Below are positions 9,624 to 18,587 of a DNA stretch of 64,000 nt, in pieces. The notes under the pieces were generated by a model, which was given only the letters and a program-made list of their open reading frames with translations, ran no database searches and had not been told where the DNA came from. The first letter of the stretch is position 1; each line of letters starts with the position of its first letter. Position numbers and translations under genes: made by a program. Origin of the DNA: an uncultured Bacteroidota bacterium (GTDB taxonomy: Bacteria > Bacteroidota > Bacteroidia > AKYH767-A > OLB10); NCBI GenBank assembly GCA_900696575.1, contig CAADHD010000017.1, positions 824 to 64,823 of the forward strand, written 5' to 3'.

Positions 9624-9625
9624 TT

Positions 9626-11137
9626 ATGAATATACAAATTGTTTTAAAATTTATTAGAAATCTTGTTTTAAGTATGATAATGACTGGGAATTTATATTCC
9701 CAGTCATTTGAATATATATACCAAACAACCGATGATGAAGTAATTTCTGATGCGGTTCAAGATGTTAAAGGAAATTATTTTTTAGTTGGAAGCATCGGTA
9801 ATAGCCTGCCACCATCACAGGGCGATAAAAGTGGATTAATTATTAAAATTGATAGCCTTGGGCAGTATATCGATTCTAAAATTATCAACAGCAATCAGGA
9901 TTACATTAGTTTGGGTAATATAATCCTTGATTCAGATTCTACATTCTTAATAACTGGTTATAGGATACCAATAGGAATGTCGAACAGTTTAATTTATACT
10001 TTAAAATTAGATACAGCTTTGAATATACTCTCTGAACAAAGCTTTGGGGACTTTGCTTATAACAATCAGATTTCTAAAATATATAAAATCAATCTTGATA
10101 CACTGATTTTTGTTGGAAGTGTGCAAACATATTCTCCCCAAATTAATTCAGACATAATTTTCGGAATGATGTCAACTAATGGAGATTCAATTAGTATGTT
10201 GAAATTTGGAAATCCTAATGGTTTTCAAATGGGATTTGATTTGTTAGTCTATAATAATAATATTGATTCTGTATATTTGTTTGTTTATGGAATGCTTAAT
10301 ACACCAATGTATCCATTGGAAGTTATTAAACTGAGTTCCAATTTTGGTTTGGATAGTATTGCTATAATACCTATATCCTCAACAATTAGAACTATGTCTG
10401 CAAAATGGATAAGCTTAACTACTTTCTTGGTTGGCACATCTGGATATGAAAACGTATGGTCATTAGATAAAAGTTTGGGTATAGGTAAGTTTGATATAAC
10501 TTTTAATTGTATTGATACATTGTTTTTTGGTGTGGCTGATACAAATGAACATGAAGCAGGTTTTTGTATAGATTTTAAAACTGTTGACAAGGTTTATTTT
10601 GGTGGAACAAAGAACTCTTCTCTATTCTTTTCTCCTTTCGAATCATATTATTACATCATAAGAATGGATACGAGTTTTAATGTAAGTTTTGTTAAATCTA
10701 TCGGATATCAAAATGATTGTCTTGGCCTATACAAAGTCCTCGCCACCAGCGATGGCGGAGTGCTGCTTGCGGGTACCAAATACGATGCAGCCACAGCCAA
10801 CGGGCAGGAGCGCGATATTTATGTCATCAAACTCGATTCGCTGGGCAACTATGTAACCGGTACCGGCAACAGCCCCATTGAACAGGTTCATGATTTTATT
10901 GTTTATCCCAACCCTGCTGCTTCACAACTTACGTTTTAATACTCACCACCAAAATCAACCGGCCATGCAACTGTTTACAATGTTTTAGGTGAAGCAGTGC
11001 AACAATTCACATTACCCCCTAACACCACCCGCCAGCAACTCAACATTACTCACTTGTCAGCAGGGCTTTATTTAATAAAGGTAGAGGCATATGGGAAAAG
11101 CGGAGTAAAGCGGTTTGTAAAGCTTGCCTGCCGATAG
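9626..11137 (+). pseudogene. T9SS C-terminal-sorting-domain protein (beta-propeller-like) interrupted by an in-frame TAA at 10937-10939
   Basis: The ORF 9626-10939 ends ...VYPNPAASQLTF*. The same frame continues YSPPKSTGHATVYNVLGEAVQQFTLPPNTTRQQLNITHLSAGLYLIKVEAYGKSGVKRFVKLA to TAG at 11135-11137. Together these form a canonical Por-secretion CTD split by a single nonsense codon. Confidence 0.6.
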
Positions 11138-11371
11138 GTATGGGAGTAGAAGAAAAAGCTAAATGAAAAATGAGCTCAGAAGTAACCAAGTCCGTAGTCG
11201 CCAGAGTGCAGTGCCGGGCTTCAGGCTACGGAGAGCGGGGGTTGGTGAAAAGAACACCTGCCAGGGCAAAATAAACGGTTACATATTATTGAAGTGGCTG
11301 CGCAAAGTGTATTGCATTTGTTGCTGAAGGAACTGAAATGATAGGTACATACAACCAGCAACAAAGCAGAG

Positions 11372-12196
11372 TCAAGTATAAATACTGGTCACAAACCTGT
11401 AATTCCCGATCAGGTCTTTCAGTAACTGCACTTCACGGAATCCATGCTGCATCATGTATTCAGGCAATGCTTTTCCATACTGAAAATGCACTTCGAAAAA
11501 TAAATGCCCCCCTTGCCTGAGTAATCTTTTCCTGCATAAGCCGATGATGGTTTTGTAAAAAAGCAGCGGGTCATCATTCGTTACAAATAAAGCTTCATGC
11601 GGTTCAAAGTCTGCAACGGAAGTCTGCATTTCCTGCTTTTCATTTAAGGTAACATAAGGAGGATTGCTGACAATTACATCAAACTCATTCCATGCATTGC
11701 AGCGTAGAATATCTTTTTGCAAAAACTCAATATCAAGATGATGCATAACGGCATTGGCTTTTGCGGTTTGCAGAGCTTTTTCGCTGATGTCGGATGCCGT
11801 GATATTCCACTTTGGAAAAAACTTTTTCAGCGCTAACGCTATGCAGCCTGAGCCTGTGCCTATGTCAAGCACTTTGATTTTTTCAGCAGCAAGGTCATGC
11901 AACCGGTCTTTTATCATAAATACCAGTTCTTCCGTCTCAGGGCGCGGAATCAGTACGGATGGATTCACCTGTAATTGCATTCCTGCAAATTCTGTCCACC
12001 CTGCCACATATTGAACAGGCTCATGATTCAGTAATCTTTTTTTGATGGATTCAAGTTCTTGCTCATTCATAATAGTCAATTTTTTTTCAGACCACCAATG
12101 AAGGATGTAATCAACAATGGCGCTGCCATCGTCCCTGCCAAACTCACGGGTTAAATCATCTTTTAAATAATTTTCAATTTCGTTGTGCGAAAGCAT
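11372..12196 (-). CDS. prmC: peptide chain release factor N5-glutamine methyltransferase
   Basis: 274 aa with the class I SAM-MTase motif VLDIGTGSGCIA and the NPPY motif (VSNPPYV). Confidence 0.85.
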   Translation of the reverse strand: MLSHNEIENYLKDDLTREFGRDDGSAIVDYILHWWSEKKLTIMNEQELESIKKRLLNHEPVQYVAGWTEFAGMQLQVNPSVLIPRPETEELVFMIKDRLHDLAAEKIKVLDIGTGSGCIALALKKFFPKWNITASDISEKALQTAKANAVMHHLDIEFLQKDILRCNAWNEFDVIVSNPPYVTLNEKQEMQTSVADFEPHEALFVTNDDPLLFYKTIIGLCRKRLLRQGGHLFFEVHFQYGKALPEYMMQHGFREVQLLKDLIGNYRFVTSIYT

Positions 12197-12235
12197 TCTA
12201 TTTTAGCCGCCCTGATGTATCCGCAAATAAAGTAT

Positions 12236-13243
12236 ATGCAACGCTGTCTCGAACTGGCAGCAAAAGGATTGGGAAGTGTTTCTCCCAATCCGATGGTGGG
12301 CTGTGTAATTGTTAAGGACGATAGAATCATAGGAGAAGGATTTCATGAAATATATGGCGGACCTCATGCCGAAGTGAATGCAATTCAAAATGCCTGTGGA
12401 AATTTCAGTGGCGATGAAGTCATGTATGTTTCTTTAGAGCCATGCAATCATCATGGAAAAACTCCTCCTTGTACCGAATTGATTTTACAATCCGGAATAA
12501 GGAATGTGATAATTGCCTGTAGTGATATAAAACAAAATTTTGAGGGGAATGGAGCGCAGCGCCTGAGAAAAGAAGGAGTGAATGTGATTAAAGGATTCAT
12601 GGAGAAGGAAGCTCGTGAACTCAACCAAAGGTTTTTCATTTATCATGAAAAGAAACGTCCTTACATCATTCTAAAATGGGCACAGACGGCTGACGGCTTC
12701 ATTGGTCATGCCGGCATATCAGCCAGCCGGTTGGTAGTATCGAATCAGGAAGCGCATATTCTTGTTCATCGCTGGAGGAGTGAAGAAGATGCCATCATGG
12801 CCGGAGCTAATACGCTGCTGACGGATAATCCTCAACTGACAACCCGGTTGTGGAAAGGAAAAAATCCGGCAAGAGTGTTTATTGACCGGAATTTATCGTT
12901 GCCGCAAAATCTCAATGTTTTTGATAACAATGCCCGGGTATTTATTCTGAATGAAAAGAAAACACTGACAGATGGCCATCTTCAGTTTATAAAAACCGAT
13001 TGTGGAAATTTAAATTCTGTTCTTGAAGTGTTGCATGGTTTGCAGATTCAGTCATTACTGGTTGAAGGCGGAACAAAAACACTGAACCGGTTTCTTGAAA
13101 AAAATCTTTATGACGAAATGCGGATTATTGTTTCACCTCATTATGTTGGCAATGGAGTAAAAGCGCCTGTGGTTAATCTTGCCGCAGCAGAAATTATTCC
13201 CATTGGCAACAATAAACTTTTTCAAATCTGCAACAGAGCATGA
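12236..13243 (+). CDS. ribD: bifunctional riboflavin biosynthesis protein RibD (deaminase/reductase)
   Basis: CMP/dCMP deaminase zinc motifs HAEVNAI and PCNHHGKTPPC, followed by a RibD C-terminal reductase domain. Start placed at the internal ATG (MQRCLELAAKG) to avoid overlapping prmC. Confidence 0.85.
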   Translation: MQRCLELAAKGLGSVSPNPMVGCVIVKDDRIIGEGFHEIYGGPHAEVNAIQNACGNFSGDEVMYVSLEPCNHHGKTPPCTELILQSGIRNVIIACSDIKQNFEGNGAQRLRKEGVNVIKGFMEKEARELNQRFFIYHEKKRPYIILKWAQTADGFIGHAGISASRLVVSNQEAHILVHRWRSEEDAIMAGANTLLTDNPQLTTRLWKGKNPARVFIDRNLSLPQNLNVFDNNARVFILNEKKTLTDGHLQFIKTDCGNLNSVLEVLHGLQIQSLLVEGGTKTLNRFLEKNLYDEMRIIVSPHYVGNGVKAPVVNLAAAEIIPIGNNKLFQICNRA

Positions 13244-14118
13244 GCATCATACTGTTACTCTCTATCATCTGCGCTTCGTTTCTGTTTATCGTTTTCAAGT
13301 ATTTCAAGGTATTTGGCATTGACAGCAGCCAGGGAATTGTTTTCAATTATTTTACGGCATCGGCTTGTTCTTTTTTTCTGAACTATACCATCAACGTTTA
13401 TCATCTGGCAGAGGTAAGTATCATCTGGCAGCCGGCATTGATGATTGGATTCCTTTTTATTCTTGTTTTTAATCTTACTTCCATCACCACCCGAAAACTC
13501 GGATTAGCAGTTGCTTCGGTAGCGGCCAAAATGTCGGTAGTCATTCCCGTTTCCGTTGGTATTTTTCTTTATTCAGAACAACCCGGCATTATCCGCATCA
13601 TCGGAATCGGAATTGCATTGCTTGCCGTCTTTTTTATCAGTTCAGGAAATAAAGAAGAAACCAAATCAGCTAAAGAGAAAAACGGATGGGCATGGCTGCT
13701 TCCTGCGGCTTTGTTTCTCGGAACAGGTTTGGTGGATGGAAGTATCAAGTATGCGCAGGCTGAGTTTATGAATGACGGCAACCGATATCTGGTTATGTCC
13801 GTGTTATTTGGTTTTGCCGGAACGATTGGCCTGATAAAATTAATGTTTGATTATGTAAAGCGACAAGCAGTGTTTGCATGGAAAAATGTGTTGGGTGGAA
13901 TTTGTCTCGGTTTATTCAATTATTTCTCGCTGCACTTCCTTGTCATATGCCTTGAAGAGCCGGGCGCGCAGAGCGCCATCATCTTTGCAGTGCTTAATGT
14001 CGGCATAGTGCTTACTTCAACACTTTACGCCATACTTATTTTTAAAGAAAAACTAAGCTTAATGAATAAAGCAGGTATCCTTTTCGCTTTAGCAGCAATG
14101 GTAATGCTGTTAGCCTGA
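13240..14118 (+). CDS. polytopic membrane protein (DMT/EamA-like, ~10 TM)
   Basis: Hydrophobic throughout, with two repeated 5-TM halves. No diagnostic motif was recognised. Confidence 0.35.
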   Translation: MSIILLLSIICASFLFIVFKYFKVFGIDSSQGIVFNYFTASACSFFLNYTINVYHLAEVSIIWQPALMIGFLFILVFNLTSITTRKLGLAVASVAAKMSVVIPVSVGIFLYSEQPGIIRIIGIGIALLAVFFISSGNKEETKSAKEKNGWAWLLPAALFLGTGLVDGSIKYAQAEFMNDGNRYLVMSVLFGFAGTIGLIKLMFDYVKRQAVFAWKNVLGGICLGLFNYFSLHFLVICLEEPGAQSAIIFAVLNVGIVLTSTLYAILIFKEKLSLMNKAGILFALAAMVMLLA

Positions 14119-14125
14119 AAAAGTT

Positions 14126-15040
14126 TCAATCAAATGATTTCGTTTTTTCTGAGATAGACATGGCCACTCCGGCCAGCCTAAAATAAGTTTTCATCACAGC
14201 AGTTTTTAGCGGGCTGTGCGGATGAATAATAAAAAAATCGTTGATATAACTATTCCACATTTTGTCATTGATAGAGTTGATGGAAACGGCTAAGGAGGTT
14301 GAAAGAATTTTTGTGCTGTGCCACCATCCGCTGGGTATAAACATGGTTTCACCCTGCTTCACTACAATCATGGAATAGTGAGCATTTTTAAACAACGGAA
14401 ATTTTTCCAGATCAGGATTAAACATATCCCTCACCTTACTTCGGTTAGGAATCCTTTCTTCGGGATACATGTAGGGCGATTGATCGGGAGGATAAAAATA
14501 AAACTCTTTATCGCCCCTTACCTGAGTAACAAAGGTATGCATGTGAAAACCGTCATAATGCAAGCCGGGAAATTTAGTGCCTTTTCCGGCAATCAATAAT
14601 TCAACTAAACCTTGTCTCATCCCCCAGGATGCAGGAATAAGATGGCTTTGAAGCCTGTCGGGTAAAGCATATTTGAGAAACGGTTTAAGTTCATCTGTCA
14701 GTTCCGGAAACATTTTATGAATGTTTACTTCGTTCAGGTATGGTGAAGGATTTTCAGCGGTTGAGTTATCAACGATATCAAGGTAATCGGAAAAAACATA
14801 TTCCTTACCCATAACAGATACTTTGCGGCTGCCGAATTTTTTGCGGAAGTAATCAGTACTCCATAGAGTATGCGCCTGCCAGCCGGCAGTTGCATCACTA
14901 ATGACTACCGGTTTGCATGGACGCAAATACTCATTTACAAATTCTTTGTGTGATAGGTTTGTTCTTTTTTCTACTTGTATCATTAGCCTTTGTAAGTTGT
15001 GTACAAAATTATTTAGAAAACAGTCTTTAGATTCGGACAT
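14126..15040 (-). CDS. cupin-like JmjC-domain protein
   Basis: HxD...H iron-binding pattern (GLHYDGFHMH ... WWHST) in a ~300-aa cupin-4/JmjC-like sequence. Confidence 0.5.
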   Translation of the reverse strand: MSESKDCFLNNFVHNLQRLMIQVEKRTNLSHKEFVNEYLRPCKPVVISDATAGWQAHTLWSTDYFRKKFGSRKVSVMGKEYVFSDYLDIVDNSTAENPSPYLNEVNIHKMFPELTDELKPFLKYALPDRLQSHLIPASWGMRQGLVELLIAGKGTKFPGLHYDGFHMHTFVTQVRGDKEFYFYPPDQSPYMYPEERIPNRSKVRDMFNPDLEKFPLFKNAHYSMIVVKQGETMFIPSGWWHSTKILSTSLAVSINSINDKMWNSYINDFFIIHPHSPLKTAVMKTYFRLAGVAMSISEKTKSFD

Positions 15041-15082
15041 TCAGTTTTTTTAAAAATACTTTTGCACAGATCATTTTTAAAC

Positions 15083-15961
15083 ATGGAAATACCCAAAGGA
15101 AAACTGATTGCCATTGGCGGCAATGAAGATAAAGGGACGGAAAGCGAGCCGGATTATGCTCAAAAAAGTAATCTTCATTTTTTCGAATTACAGATTCTCA
15201 GTCGCATTGTTCATGAACTACCCCATGGAAAAGATTCGAGAATTGAAGTAGTAACAAGCGCCTCTTCCATTCCTAAGGAAGTAGGGCAGAATTACCTGCA
15301 TGCCTTTTCAAAGTTGGGATGTAATAATATCGGTATTCTTGATATCCGTTCCCGCGAAGATGCACAGAAGAACGAGGTAATTCAGCGTATTAACAAATGC
15401 GATGGAATCATGTTCAGCGGAGGAAACCAGTTGCGGCTTACGGCCATTTTCGGTGGTACAGAATTTCTGGAGCTTGTTCAGCAGCGGTACAGTAATGAAA
15501 ACTTTATAGTTGCCGGTACAAGTGCAGGCGCCATGGCCATGAGCAATACCATGATTTATCAGGGCAGCAGTTCAGGAGCATTGATTAAAGGTGAAGTGAA
15601 AATAACTACAGGTTTGGGATTTATTAAGAATGTAATTATTGACTCTCATTTTGATAAACGCGGCCGTTTCGGACGGCTGGCGCAGGCCGTAGCCAGCAAT
15701 CCGGCCTGTATCGGTATTGGTTTAGGAGAAGATACCGGTGTTTATATTTCAGATGGAAACCATCTTGAGGCTATCGGTTCGGGTTTGGTGGTAGTGGTTG
15801 ACGGACATAATATCCGCCACAGCAACATTGCTGATCAGCAGGAAGGAACTCCCATCAGTATCGAAAATCTTATTGTGCATGTGATGACCAAGGGAGATTG
15901 TTATGAAATTAATCAGCGGAAGTTCACTCCTGATCAGCTCTCCATCAGGTCTTCATCATAA
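15083..15961 (+). CDS. cphB: cyanophycinase (peptidase S51)
   Basis: KLIAIGGNEDKG N-terminus and the nucleophile motif AGTSAGAMAMS, with S51 family architecture. Confidence 0.7.
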   Translation: MEIPKGKLIAIGGNEDKGTESEPDYAQKSNLHFFELQILSRIVHELPHGKDSRIEVVTSASSIPKEVGQNYLHAFSKLGCNNIGILDIRSREDAQKNEVIQRINKCDGIMFSGGNQLRLTAIFGGTEFLELVQQRYSNENFIVAGTSAGAMAMSNTMIYQGSSSGALIKGEVKITTGLGFIKNVIIDSHFDKRGRFGRLAQAVASNPACIGIGLGEDTGVYISDGNHLEAIGSGLVVVVDGHNIRHSNIADQQEGTPISIENLIVHVMTKGDCYEINQRKFTPDQLSIRSSS

Positions 15962-16008
15962 CCGGAAATAAACCTTTGTTTCTTCGCGTTGTCTGCAGGT
16001 TATAGAAA

Positions 16009-17394
16009 ATGAACAGCCAGCAACGCAAAATCAATCATTTGTTATGGCGCTCCGGTTTCGGGCCGGTTGCACAGCAGCATCTGAACACTTCCGGATCGTT
16101 ACAAACCTGGATTGATGAAATTACCGATAAAAGAAAACCTCTGTTTTATCTTGATTATTCCGACAAAGCCATTGCCGGTTTGCAAAAGAAATCAGGTATG
16201 GAAATGATGGAAAGAGCCGGGAATAAAGTGGTAAGGCGTTTGTTATTTGTCGGTACAAATCATTACTGGCTGCAAACCATGATAAACAGCAGCAATGATT
16301 TGCATGAGCGGATGACTTTATTCTGGGCCGGAATTTTCGCCTGCCAGAATCTTTTGGCCCGCCAAGGAGAAAGTTATATCAATACTATCCGGGAGCATGC
16401 GCTTGGAAAATTTCCCGATTTGCTTTCTGCTGTTTCAAAGCATCCTTCCATGCTCCGTTTTCTGAATAATAAGCAGAACAGAAAAGAACATCCTAATGAA
16501 AATTTTGCCCGCGAAGTGATGGAACTTTTTACGCTGGGCAGAGGAAATTATTCCGAGAATGACATCCGCGAAGCTGCCCGTGCTTTTACAGGATGGGGGT
16601 TTGACAACCGCGAAAATTTTATTTTCAGAAAGCAGCATCATGACGATGGCGAGAAAGAGTTTCTCGGCATGAAAGGAAAATTTGATGGCGATGATATCTT
16701 AAATATCATCACTTCACAGAAGCAGTGTGCACGGTATTTAAGTACACGGATTTATATGCACTTTGTAAATGATCAGCCTGATGAGAAAATTATTGAAGAA
16801 TTAACTGCCCGCTTTTTCAATTCGGGCTATGATATTCATGTTTTAATGAAGCACATCTTCAGCAGTGATTGGTTTTATGCAGAAGAAAATATAGGAGTGA
16901 AAGTAAAATCACCTGTTGTACTGCTGGTAAATCTTTCGCGCAATTTCAATATCCGTTTTGCCGATCATGCAGAAGTCCTCCGCATACAACGCATTCTCGG
17001 TCAGGTGCTTCTATTTCCGCCCAATGTAGCCGGTTGGCCCGAAGGTAAAAACTGGATTGACAGCAGTACGCTGCTTTACCGGCTTAACCTTCCTTCCATG
17101 TTGCTGAAAGCTTCTAATATTCCCATTAAAGCGAGAAAAGAATTTGATGCCCAATTGGCCGATGCCGATGTGAGCGAAGAAGATAAAAGCAGGGTGAAAA
17201 TTTATTCTGACACCAAGGCATTTGAAGATTCTGTCCGTGCCATAAAGCCTGAATTATGGAAATCGCAGTTAGCCGGATTATTGCTTCAGACCCCCAACAC
17301 CGACACCATTCTCCATAAATGGAAAGAGCGTTATACCTCGCCCGCAGAAGCCGCTCTCTACCTTATGTCATTACCCGAATTTCAACTGAGCTGA
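16009..17394 (+). CDS. DUF1800 domain-containing protein
   Basis: 461 aa, immediately followed by a Tat-signal DUF1501 protein. This is the conserved DUF1800/DUF1501 gene pair. Confidence 0.6.
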   Translation: MNSQQRKINHLLWRSGFGPVAQQHLNTSGSLQTWIDEITDKRKPLFYLDYSDKAIAGLQKKSGMEMMERAGNKVVRRLLFVGTNHYWLQTMINSSNDLHERMTLFWAGIFACQNLLARQGESYINTIREHALGKFPDLLSAVSKHPSMLRFLNNKQNRKEHPNENFAREVMELFTLGRGNYSENDIREAARAFTGWGFDNRENFIFRKQHHDDGEKEFLGMKGKFDGDDILNIITSQKQCARYLSTRIYMHFVNDQPDEKIIEELTARFFNSGYDIHVLMKHIFSSDWFYAEENIGVKVKSPVVLLVNLSRNFNIRFADHAEVLRIQRILGQVLLFPPNVAGWPEGKNWIDSSTLLYRLNLPSMLLKASNIPIKARKEFDAQLADADVSEEDKSRVKIYSDTKAFEDSVRAIKPELWKSQLAGLLLQTPNTDTILHKWKERYTSPAEAALYLMSLPEFQLS

Positions 17395-17396
17395 GT

Positions 17397-18587
17397 ATGA
17401 AAGTATCCCGCAGAAAATTTATAGGCACCACTGCATTGGCATCCTCTGCTTTGTTTCTGCCTGATTTTATCCGAGCGACAGCATGGCAGAACAAGGGAGG
17501 GTTTATCGGAAAACGACTTGTTATCATTCAATTATCCGGTGGCAATGACGGCCTCAATACGCTTATTCCCTTTGAAGATGATTTGTATTACCGGTTGCGC
17601 CCATCCCTGAGCCTTGATTCTGATCAGATAATTAAAATCAATGAACTTGCTGCCTGGAACAATGCCTTGTTGCCGCTGCATAAATTATATGAAAGCGGTG
17701 AATTAGCTGTATTAAACAGCGTTGGATATCCCAATCCTGATTTTTCGCATTTCCGCAGTATGGACATCTGGCATTCCGCTTCGGGAAGTGAGAAAACCAT
17801 CAATACCGGCTGGATTGGGCGTTACCTCGATTCGCAATGTCATGAGTGCAGAGCGCATACAGCCATTGAGTTTGATGATACCTTAAGCATGGTGATGAAA
17901 GGAGAGAAAACCTTCGGACTGGCCGTTAATCATCCTGAAAAGTTTTACCGGATGACTAACAATCTGTTTAATAGCCACGATTTCCGTTACGGCTCAACCG
18001 GCATTGATGCGCTTGATTACATGTACAAAGTGATGGCCGATGCCAATGAATCGGCTGCGGTGATAAAGGAAAAGTTTGATGTCAAAGAATCAACAGCCGC
18101 ATATCCCGACCATGCGTTCGGAAAAGATTTGAAGAACATTGCTTCTTTGATTACAGCCGGGCTTGACACTACCTTTTATTATGTTTCGCTGAGCGGTTTC
18201 GATACCCATATTAATCAGAAACAAAATCATAACAACCTGCTGAAAACGTTAGCAGGAGGCATAAGCGCTTTTTGTGAAGACCTTAAAAAGAAAAACGAGT
18301 TCAGCAATACCCTGGTCATGGTTTTTTCTGAATTTGGCAGACGGGTTAAACAAAATGCAAGCAACGGTACAGATCATGGAGCGGCCAATGCTATGTTTCT
18401 GATTAGCGGCAGCCTTAAACAAAAAGGATTACTCAATCCTGTTCCTGATTTAAGCAAATTAGACGATGGCAACCTTACTTATGAAGTTGATTTCCGCTCG
18501 GTGTATGCTACCATTCTTACGAGTTGGCTGAATGCTGATGCAGAAAAAGTAATCGGTAAAAAATTTGAGAATTTGGGCTTTGTGTAA
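17397..18587 (+). CDS. DUF1501 domain-containing protein (sulfatase-like, Tat signal)
   Basis: Twin-arginine signal MKVSRRKFIGTTALASSALF. The sulfatase-like fold is inferred from the family. Confidence 0.6.
   Translation: MKVSRRKFIGTTALASSALFLPDFIRATAWQNKGGFIGKRLVIIQLSGGNDGLNTLIPFEDDLYYRLRPSLSLDSDQIIKINELAAWNNALLPLHKLYESGELAVLNSVGYPNPDFSHFRSMDIWHSASGSEKTINTGWIGRYLDSQCHECRAHTAIEFDDTLSMVMKGEKTFGLAVNHPEKFYRMTNNLFNSHDFRYGSTGIDALDYMYKVMADANESAAVIKEKFDVKESTAAYPDHAFGKDLKNIASLITAGLDTTFYYVSLSGFDTHINQKQNHNNLLKTLAGGISAFCEDLKKKNEFSNTLVMVFSEFGRRVKQNASNGTDHGAANAMFLISGSLKQKGLLNPVPDLSKLDDGNLTYEVDFRSVYATILTSWLNADAEKVIGKKFENLGFV

Noticed and set aside
12185-12235. ribD starting at 12185 and overlapping the prmC start
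   Set aside because: The deaminase domain alignment begins at MQRCLELA (12236). The longer start would create a head-to-head overlap with prmC.
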